This document shows, one piece after another, positions 27,612 through 34,721 of a stretch of DNA of 64,000 nt. Numbering within the stretch: position 1 is the first letter of the stretch; each line of letters starts with the position of its first letter. The notes under the pieces were generated by a model. That model searched no databases, had not been told where the DNA came from, and saw nothing but the letters and a program-made list of their open reading frames with translations. This DNA comes from Betaproteobacteria bacterium. GTDB taxonomy: Bacteria; Pseudomonadota; Gammaproteobacteria; Burkholderiales; SG8-39. The stretch lies in assembly GCA_947467435.1 (NCBI GenBank), contig CANIIA010000001.1:53400-117399 (forward strand), in the 5' to 3' direction. A program made the position numbers and the translations under genes.

Positions 27612-28808
27612 TTAACCCAACGCAGCCATCGCTTCACGAAACGGCGCCATCGGCATTTCACCCAAACCGCGGCCCAACAAACCGCGACCCAAGGGATCCA
27701 CCATACCGGTTGAAAGCACCGGCGCACGCCCCGTTCGGATCACCGCCGCGGCATCGACACCGACCGCTACACCCAACACCGGATGCATGGCACACAGCAA
27801 GCTTTGTGCGCGTTGCGCATCATCTTTGGCGAGCCACGGCTCAAACGCCGTCAGCAAACTCGGTGCACGACGTAACACCTGACCACCTAAACCAAACGCA
27901 TCGATAATGCCGCTATCGCCCGTCGCGGGCGGAAACTGTGGGTCGGGGATAGTCAGTCCTTTCATGTACGGCCCCTGCACCAAACCAGCAGGGGCGGTAA
28001 ACCAACGATCCGGTAAGCCGGCCAATTGAATGCCGGTCACTTGTCCGTTGGCACACAAGCGTGTCACCACGCTTGAACCAGCCACGCCGCGCGCAGCATC
28101 CAACATCAACGCGCAAGCGGGCATCCACACATTTAAAAAATACAGCGGCGCTTCGATCAGCGTTTGTAGGGCCGCTTGTGTATCCGCGGCATCGGTTTTG
28201 CGTGTACTCAGTACCCCATGTAACACTTGCGTGGCGCTCGATAGACGATTGTGTAAATCATCACCCTCAGTCAGCGCAGAGCGCGCAATCGACAGTAAAT
28301 CGACTGGGCCCGCGCTCAACAACGCAGCAAATCCCGGCGCGAGTGTTTGTTCACGAAACTTCAGTCGCTCAACAATCACTGGGTCACACGACCCGAAGCG
28401 CATTTGTGCACCACCACCGGTACCAAGAAATCCGTGCCAACGCACTTTGTTGGCACCTTCACCCGATTCAATCAACGCCAACGTCGTGCTGGCGCTAATC
28501 ATCGCCACCAGTGGTGTTGAGGCGCGATGTGCGGCCGTCGGTTCGAAGCGCACGCGACCGGCGTCAATCAGCGCTTCAGCACCAGCGCGATCGGTTGCCC
28601 AACCTTCGGCAAGACAACTCAAGATCGCAGCATGGCGCATCGGCGGTGGTAACTGACGCGCATCCGGTAACGGTGGCCCCGCATGTAACAGCACGTGATC
28701 TTGCAGCCCCAAGGCCTCACGCGCCGATTGCACCCCAGTCCAACGCGGCACCACCGCAAGAATGCGTTGCAAAGCGTCGACGTTTGCGCTGTTTAGGTCG
28801 GAATTCAT
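27612..28808 (-). CDS. DUF1116 family protein (YlbE/AllG-like)
   Basis: 398 aa. It is collinear with E. coli YlbE as I recall it: LLHAGPP, LYFLNVWMPA (FFLNLAMA), VTRLCANG (VTAMTRNG), PDRWFTAP (GERWFTAP), GDSGIIDAFGLGG (GDSAITETFGIGG). Confidence 0.75.
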   Translation of the reverse strand: MNSDLNSANVDALQRILAVVPRWTGVQSAREALGLQDHVLLHAGPPLPDARQLPPPMRHAAILSCLAEGWATDRAGAEALIDAGRVRFEPTAAHRASTPLVAMISASTTLALIESGEGANKVRWHGFLGTGGGAQMRFGSCDPVIVERLKFREQTLAPGFAALLSAGPVDLLSIARSALTEGDDLHNRLSSATQVLHGVLSTRKTDAADTQAALQTLIEAPLYFLNVWMPACALMLDAARGVAGSSVVTRLCANGQVTGIQLAGLPDRWFTAPAGLVQGPYMKGLTIPDPQFPPATGDSGIIDAFGLGGQVLRRAPSLLTAFEPWLAKDDAQRAQSLLCAMHPVLGVAVGVDAAAVIRTGRAPVLSTGMVDPLGRGLLGRGLGEMPMAPFREAMAALG

Positions 28809-28819
28809 ACTCGAGCTCT

Positions 28820-28847
28820 TTCAAAATGTTTCACCAGCACATAGAAT
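28820..28847 (+). promoter_or_regulatory. candidate sigma-70 promoter for the ahcY leader
   Basis: -10 TAGAAT at 28842..28847, a few nt before the riboswitch. Only a weak -35 (TTCAAA, 28820..28825, 16-nt spacer) is present. Confidence 0.4.
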
Positions 28848-28851
28848 ACGC

Positions 28852-28928
28852 GCCTCTCAAGGAGCGTTGCGACGTCGGTTCACAGCCGATGCCAGGCTTG
28901 AGAGATTCCTACCGCAACGGCGCTCACG
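28852..28928 (+). promoter_or_regulatory. SAH (S-adenosylhomocysteine) riboswitch
   Basis: CCUCUCAAGGAGCGUUGCGACGUCGGUUCACAGCCGAUGCCAGGCUUGAGAGAUUCCUACCGCAACGGCGCUCAC contains the conserved SAH-element blocks AGGAGCGUUGCGAC, GCCAGGCU and CAACGGCGCUCAC, plus the P1 pairing CUCUCAAG/CUUGAGAG. It lies directly upstream of ahcY, the classic context. Confidence 0.85.
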
Positions 28929-28955
28929 AACTTTTTTCGATACTGAAAGGAGGGC

Positions 28956-30377
28956 GTGATGAACGCCGTACTACAACCCAAGACGACCCACGATTATGTC
29001 GTGGCTGACCTCTCTCTGGCCGAATGGGGCCGCAAAGAGATTTTAATCGCCGAAACCGAAATGCCTGGTTTGATGGCGATCCGCGAAGAATATGCCGCCC
29101 AGCAGCCGCTGCGTGGCGCCCGTATCACGGGTTCTTTGCACATGACCATTCAAACCGCGGTGCTCATCGAAACGCTGCAAGCATTGGGCGCTGAAGTACG
29201 TTGGGCCTCATGCAACATTTACTCTACGCAAGACCACGCCGCCGCTGCGATTGCCGCCAAAGGCACGCCCGTGTTTGCCTACAAGGGCGAAACGCTCGAT
29301 GAGTACTGGGAATACACCCATCGTATTTTTGAGTGGCCCAACGGTCGTCAATCCAACATGATTCTTGATGACGGTGGCGATGCCACATTGCTGTTGCATT
29401 TAGGCACGCGTGCGGAAAGCGATTTGGCAGTCATCAGCCACCCCACCAGCGAAGAAGAAACCTCGCTGTTTGCCTCGATCAAAGCCAAATTGGCGCAAGA
29501 TCCAAAGTGGTATTCAACCCGCTTGAAAGAAATCAAAGGGGTCACCGAAGAAACCACCACCGGCGTACATCGTTTGTACCAGATGGCCAAAGAAGGCAAG
29601 CTCGCTTTCCCGGCCATCAACGTGAACGATTCGGTCACCAAGAGCAAATTCGACAACCTGTACGGTTGCCGCGAGTCCTTGGTCGATGGCATCAAGCGCG
29701 CCACCGATGTGATGATTGCCGGCAAAGTGGCCGTCGTGGCAGGTTACGGCGATGTGGGTAAAGGTTCGGCACAAGCCCTCCGCGCACTTTCCGCCCAAGT
29801 CTGGGTCACCGAAATTGACCCAATCAACGCACTGCAAGCCGCGATGGAAGGCTACCGTGTGGTGACCATGGATTACGCGGCGGATAAAGCCGACATCTTT
29901 GTCACCGCCACCGGCAACTTTCATGTCATCACAGTCGATCACATGAAGAAAATGAAAGACCAAGCCATCGTATGCAACATCGGTCACTTTGATAACGAGA
30001 TTGATGTCGCTGGCTTAAACGATTGCAAGTGGGAAGAAATCAAACCGCAAGTCGATCACGTCATCTTTCCGGACGGCAAACGCATCATCATGCTCGCCAA
30101 AGGACGTTTGGTGAATCTGGGTTGTGGCACGGGCCATCCGTCGTATGTAATGAGCTCTTCGTTTGCCAATCAGACCATCGCGCAAATCGAGCTGTTTTGC
30201 AACACCGCCAAATACCCGATCGGCGTGTATGTGCTACCCAAGCATCTGGATGAAAAAGTCGCGCGCTTACAGCTGAAAAAGCTCAACGCGCAGCTGACCG
30301 AACTCACGGATGTGCAAGCACGTTACATCGGTGTACCCAAGGTCGGTCCGTACAAGCCCGACACCTACCGCTACTAA
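28956..30377 (+). CDS. ahcY: adenosylhomocysteinase
   Basis: AAGGAGGG RBS with start GTG 28956 or ATG 28959. [34 protein letters not shown]... and the NAD site [15 protein letters not shown] are present. Confidence 0.97.
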   Translation: MMNAVLQPKTTHDYVVADLSLAEWGRKEILIAETEMPGLMAIREEYAAQQPLRGARITGSLHMTIQTAVLIETLQALGAEVRWASCNIYSTQDHAAAAIAAKGTPVFAYKGETLDEYWEYTHRIFEWPNGRQSNMILDDGGDATLLLHLGTRAESDLAVISHPTSEEETSLFASIKAKLAQDPKWYSTRLKEIKGVTEETTTGVHRLYQMAKEGKLAFPAINVNDSVTKSKFDNLYGCRESLVDGIKRATDVMIAGKVAVVAGYGDVGKGSAQALRALSAQVWVTEIDPINALQAAMEGYRVVTMDYAADKADIFVTATGNFHVITVDHMKKMKDQAIVCNIGHFDNEIDVAGLNDCKWEEIKPQVDHVIFPDGKRIIMLAKGRLVNLGCGTGHPSYVMSSSFANQTIAQIELFCNTAKYPIGVYVLPKHLDEKVARLQLKKLNAQLTELTDVQARYIGVPKVGPYKPDTYRY

Positions 30378-30395
30378 ACATCGTCGCGGCAAGCT

Positions 30396-30447
30396 CCGCG
30401 GTACACGCGTCAATGTGTGTACCGCGGCTTGATTCTCGTTGTTCGTT
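30396..30447 (+). terminator. strong intercistronic hairpin (partial terminator/attenuator) between ahcY and metF
   Basis: A perfect 11-bp stem, CCGCGGTACAC / GTGTACCGCGG (30396..30406 and 30417..30427). It is followed by a T-rich tail, cTTgaTTcTcgTTgTTcgTT. Confidence 0.5.
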
Positions 30448-30462
30448 CAGCGTACAACCGCC

Positions 30463-31302
30463 ATGCATAAAACGTTTAGTTTCGAATTCTTCCCGCCGCG
30501 CACCCCCGAAGGCAAAACCAAGCTGCAGCACACGTGGCAGCAGCTTGCGCAGCTGCAACCAAAATTTTTCTCGGTGACGTTTGGCGCCGGCGGCTCGACG
30601 CAATCGGGCACGCTCGACACCGTGCTTGAAATTGGTCGCGCAGGATTTGAAGCCGCGCCGCATCTGTCGTGTGTCGCCTCGACTAAAGCGGAGATCGCGC
30701 AAATCATTGGGCAATACAAAGACAACGGTATTCGCCATTTGGTGGCATTGCGCGGCGATTTACCCTCGGGCATCGCCATGGCTGGTGAGTTACGGCATGC
30801 CGATGAACTGGTTGCCTTTATCCGTGCGCAAACTGGTGATTGGTTTCATATCGAAGTCGGCTGTTATCCCGAGTACCATCCGCAAACACGGCATGCGGCA
30901 GATGAAGTGAAGTACTTCAAACAAAAAGTTGACGCAGGTGCAAACGCTGCGATCACGCAATATTTTTATAACGCCGATGCATATTTTCGGTTTCTAGATG
31001 AAGCCACTGCAGCGGGCGTAAATATCCCGATCGTGCCTGGCATCATGCCGATCAATAATTTTTCGCAGCTCGCGCGTTTTTCAGAAACCTGCGGCGCCGA
31101 AATCCCACGCTGGATGCGTATTAAATTCGAAGGCTATCGCGATGACAGCGCCTCGATTCGTGCCTTTGGTTTAGACGTGGTCACGCGTTTATGTGAGCAG
31201 CTATTGCAAGCCGGTGTGCCTGGTCTGCACTTTTACACGCTCAATCAAGCTGGCCTCACCACCACCATTTGGGAGCGGCTCGGCCTGTCGCACAAGCGGT
31301 AA
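30463..31302 (+). CDS. metF: methylenetetrahydrofolate reductase
   Basis: From ATG 30463: MHKTFSFEFFPPRTPEG...FFSVTFGAGGST...HLSCV...HLVALRGDLP...GVPGLHFYTLN. Confidence 0.95.
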   Translation: MHKTFSFEFFPPRTPEGKTKLQHTWQQLAQLQPKFFSVTFGAGGSTQSGTLDTVLEIGRAGFEAAPHLSCVASTKAEIAQIIGQYKDNGIRHLVALRGDLPSGIAMAGELRHADELVAFIRAQTGDWFHIEVGCYPEYHPQTRHAADEVKYFKQKVDAGANAAITQYFYNADAYFRFLDEATAAGVNIPIVPGIMPINNFSQLARFSETCGAEIPRWMRIKFEGYRDDSASIRAFGLDVVTRLCEQLLQAGVPGLHFYTLNQAGLTTTIWERLGLSHKR

Positions 31303-31305
31303 AGA

Positions 31306-32811
31306 CTAAGCCGCTTTTTTCTTGCGCTGCGCGTCTTTCACATGCATTTGAGCATACGCACCGTGTGCTGCCGATTCTGCGTCACCAACATGTACAGGCA
31401 GGCCCAAGTCTGACAACACCGAACCCAACGCCGATAAACACAACATCACGTTATCGGGGCGGCACGAGTAACCCATTAAACCAAAGCGCCAGATTTTGCC
31501 TGCCAATGGTCCAAGGCCTGCGCCGATCTCAATACCAAACTCAGCGAGCAGGCGCTTGCGCACTTCGGCTTCATTCACATCCGCTGGACACAACACCGCG
31601 TTCATTTGAGGCAGTTGATATTGTTCTTTTACCAAGAACGTTAAACCCATCGCTTCGAGGCCAGCCTTGAGCGCCACATGATGACGATGCGCGCGCGCCC
31701 ACGCGTTTTCTAAGCCTTCTTCGCGAATCAATAACAACGCTTCATGCAACGCAAATAACGAATTAGTGGGCGCGGTGTGATGGTAAGTGCGTGTGGTTGC
31801 ACCCCAATAGCCGAGCAACAAGTTCATGTCCATAAACCAGCTGCGAATTTTGTCTTTGCGCGCTTTCACGTGATCGACCACGCGCTCGCTAAATGACACC
31901 GGCGATAAGCCCGGAGTACACGACAAACATTTCTGACTGCCCGAATAAATCGCATCGATTTCCCATTCATCCACCAGCACCGGCGTGCCCGCTAATGAAG
32001 TGACCGCATCCACAATCGTGAGTGCGTTGTGGGCGTGCGCGATTTCGACCAAGGTTTTGGCATCAGATTGCGCGCCGGTGGATGTTTCAGCATGTACAAA
32101 CGCAACCACACGCGCATCCGGATTTTTTTTCAGCGCATCTTCAAGTTTTTGTGGATCGACCGGTTCGCCCCAAGTATCTTCAACCAACACCGGCACGCCG
32201 CCTGCACGAATCACGTTTTCGAGCATGCGTCCACCAAACACACCGTTTTGGCAAACCACCACCTTGTCACCCGGCGCGACCATGTTCACAAAGCAATACT
32301 CCATCCCCACCGATCCGGGGCCAGAGACCGGGAAGGTCAACGGATTTTTAGTTTGATACACATAGCGCAACAGCGATTTCAACTCTTCCATCATCTCGAC
32401 AAACACTGGGTCAAGATAACCAATCGCGGGTTGACTCATGGTGGTGAGAACACGCGGATGAATTTCGGTGGGCCCAGGGCCCATCAAGGTGCGCTGTGGC
32501 GGATGAAAAGAGTGGATGCGTTTAGCGGGTGCGTACTTAAGCATAGGGTCGTTCCCGGTTGCGGCGCCGACAAAATCGTCAGGCCTAGATTTGACGCGGA
32601 CAGGTTTTTTTTCTGCGGCTTCATTTAAAACATCGGTGGCAGCGATGCGACCGTCGGTGCGTAACTCAACCTCCATGGCCCAACGCGCCGGCACGTAGCC
32701 AGACTTGACCCAGTGGCTCACCAACGCGCGGTCCAAGGACAGCGCGCGCGCCACTTCGGCCTGACTTCCAAAAATTTCGACGAGTCGTTGTGCGCAGTTC
32801 ATCGGGGTCAT
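31306..32811 (-). CDS. fusion protein: N-terminal Cro/YdaS-type HTH domain + class-V aminotransferase (alanine-glyoxylate / serine-pyruvate aminotransferase family)
   Basis: One uninterrupted 514-codon ORF (31306..32850). The N-terminus, CAQRLVEIFGSQAEVARALSLDRALVSHWVKSGYVPARWAMEVELRTDGRI, resembles YdaS/Cro HTH. From about aa 103 it reads as an AGXT family member (LMGPGPTEIHPRVL, AFVHAETSTGAQ, YSGSQKCL with the PLP lysine). The start is ambiguous: ATG at 32850, 32811, 32802, or internal at 32544. Confidence 0.75.
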   Translation of the reverse strand: MTPMNCAQRLVEIFGSQAEVARALSLDRALVSHWVKSGYVPARWAMEVELRTDGRIAATDVLNEAAEKKPVRVKSRPDDFVGAATGNDPMLKYAPAKRIHSFHPPQRTLMGPGPTEIHPRVLTTMSQPAIGYLDPVFVEMMEELKSLLRYVYQTKNPLTFPVSGPGSVGMEYCFVNMVAPGDKVVVCQNGVFGGRMLENVIRAGGVPVLVEDTWGEPVDPQKLEDALKKNPDARVVAFVHAETSTGAQSDAKTLVEIAHAHNALTIVDAVTSLAGTPVLVDEWEIDAIYSGSQKCLSCTPGLSPVSFSERVVDHVKARKDKIRSWFMDMNLLLGYWGATTRTYHHTAPTNSLFALHEALLLIREEGLENAWARAHRHHVALKAGLEAMGLTFLVKEQYQLPQMNAVLCPADVNEAEVRKRLLAEFGIEIGAGLGPLAGKIWRFGLMGYSCRPDNVMLCLSALGSVLSDLGLPVHVGDAESAAHGAYAQMHVKDAQRKKKAA

Positions 32812-32817
32812 TTTATA

Positions 32818-32935
32818 CTGACAAAATGAATTTGACAAAACCTTGACCATACTTCACATCAGCTGTGGAACGACAGTTGACCCACCAACCACCCGGCGTA
32901 GCATGCAGGGCTTGCTAACCCAATGTTTGACAAAG
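32818..32935 (+). repeat. array of five same-orientation TTGAC(A/C) motifs in the divergent control region
   Basis: cTGACAAAA (32818), TTGACAAAA (32832), TTGACCAT (32843), TTGACCCA (32877), TTGACAAAG (32927). The start-to-start spacings are 14, 11, 34 and 50 nt. Confidence 0.4.
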
Positions 32936-32984
32936 GGATTGTGGTGCGCCGCCGCACCCAAGTCCAAGTCGAGGAGATTTCCCC

Positions 32985-34721
32985 ATGAAGCCCGCTCAGC
33001 CTGCCGAAGTGACCGCTAAAACCACCGCTGAAACCTATCTCGAACTGTTGGCCTCGCGCGGGGTGGACTACTTATTTGCCAACGGCGGCACGGATTTCGC
33101 GCCGATCGTGGAGGCGTACGCAAACGCCATGGCCAAGGGGAGCAAAGTCCCGGAGCCGGTGATCGTGCCGCACGAAAATATGGGGGTCGCGATGGCACAC
33201 GGCTACACCATGGTGACAGGTAAGCCGCAAGCCATGATGGTCCATGTCGGCATGGGCACTGCAAACTCGATCAACTGCGTGATCAACGCGGCACGTCAAA
33301 ATATTCCGATGTTATTTACCGCGGGTCGCACACCGATCACTGAATCGGGTGATGTCCCTGGCGCGCGCAATAACTATATTCATTGGGCACAAGAACACTT
33401 TGATCAAGGCGCGATGTTGCGCGAGTTCGTGAAATGGGATTACGAACTTCGTCATCCCGAGCAAATCGAAACCGTTGTAGATCGCGCCTTAGCTATTACG
33501 CAATCAGAACCGTCGGGGCCGGTGTATCTCACCTTACCGCGTGAAATTCTTGGCCTACCGCACACCGGCCGCGCGCCACGCGCCAGCACCACACAAGTGG
33601 CGGCCACACAACCTACCGCAGATGCCCACGCGCTCGATGAGATTTGTAAGCTGCTGCTCGCGGCAAAAAATCCATTACTCATTACCGCGAACGGTGGTCG
33701 GACATCCGAAGGCGCGCGTGCACTTACACGATTTGCTGAACGTTGGGCCATGCCTGTGGTGCATTACCGTCCACGTTATTTAGCGATGTCGACCGAACAC
33801 CCGCTGGCTGCTGGATGGGAGCCGCATGCGGCATTAAAGACCGCCGATGTAGTCATCGTCGTTGAATGTGATGTGCCATGGATTCCCGTGCAAGGTGGTC
33901 CGCGCGATGACGCAAAGATCGTACATATTGGTGCCGATCCTTTGTTTACGCGCTACCCATTACGCGGTTTTCGTACCGACATTGCGCTCACCGGTTTGGT
34001 GGCGCCAACACTCAACGCATTAGCAGATCGCGCACCAGAAGCCGCAACACTCAAGGCACGCTACGACAGCACGGTCAAGGCCTGCGAAGCCTTACGCGCT
34101 TCACAACGCAGCGGCTGCGACACCATGCCCAAAACACTCACCACCAAATACGTGACGGCGTGCCTCAATCAACTCATCAACGCCAAGTGTGGTGAAGACG
34201 CATTGTTTGTGAACGAATATCCCTTGGTGTTAGAAGAAATGCAGATTCGTACGCCCGGTCGATACTTTGGTTCGGCACCAGCCGGTGGATTGGGCTGGGG
34301 CTTAGGTGCAGCAGTCGGGGCCAAACTTGCCGCACGCGACAAAACGGTCATCTGCACGGTGGGTGATGGCGCCTACATGTTTGGTAATCCAACGGCCGCG
34401 CACTTTGCGTCACGCGCAATGGGCATGCCCGTACTGTTTATCGTCTATAACAACGCACGCTGGGCGGCGGTGCATCGTTCAACACTGGCGATGTATCCAA
34501 ACGGCACCGCTTCAAAAATGGCCCAACCACCGTTTGCCACACTCGAGCCTTCACCGCACTTTGAAAAAGTTGCCGAAGCCTCCGATGCGTTAGGCATACG
34601 CGTGAGTCGCCCTGAAGAGTTAATGGCTGCACTCGAGCGCGGCTTACACGCCGTGCAAGTAGAAAAGCGCCAAGCACTCATCAACGTCGAACTCGAGGTC
34701 AGCTACGTAAAAACCAGCTGA
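32985..34721 (+). CDS. thiamine-diphosphate-dependent enzyme (acetolactate synthase / benzoylformate decarboxylase superfamily, subfamily unassigned)
   Basis: 578 aa. GAGGAG RBS; N-terminal PYR domain (GVDYLFANGGTDFAPIVEA...PHENMGVAMAHGY...VHVGMGTANS); ThDP motif GDGAYMFGNPTAAHFASRAMGMPVLFIVYNNARW. Confidence 0.85.
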   Translation: MKPAQPAEVTAKTTAETYLELLASRGVDYLFANGGTDFAPIVEAYANAMAKGSKVPEPVIVPHENMGVAMAHGYTMVTGKPQAMMVHVGMGTANSINCVINAARQNIPMLFTAGRTPITESGDVPGARNNYIHWAQEHFDQGAMLREFVKWDYELRHPEQIETVVDRALAITQSEPSGPVYLTLPREILGLPHTGRAPRASTTQVAATQPTADAHALDEICKLLLAAKNPLLITANGGRTSEGARALTRFAERWAMPVVHYRPRYLAMSTEHPLAAGWEPHAALKTADVVIVVECDVPWIPVQGGPRDDAKIVHIGADPLFTRYPLRGFRTDIALTGLVAPTLNALADRAPEAATLKARYDSTVKACEALRASQRSGCDTMPKTLTTKYVTACLNQLINAKCGEDALFVNEYPLVLEEMQIRTPGRYFGSAPAGGLGWGLGAAVGAKLAARDKTVICTVGDGAYMFGNPTAAHFASRAMGMPVLFIVYNNARWAAVHRSTLAMYPNGTASKMAQPPFATLEPSPHFEKVAEASDALGIRVSRPEELMAALERGLHAVQVEKRQALINVELEVSYVKTS

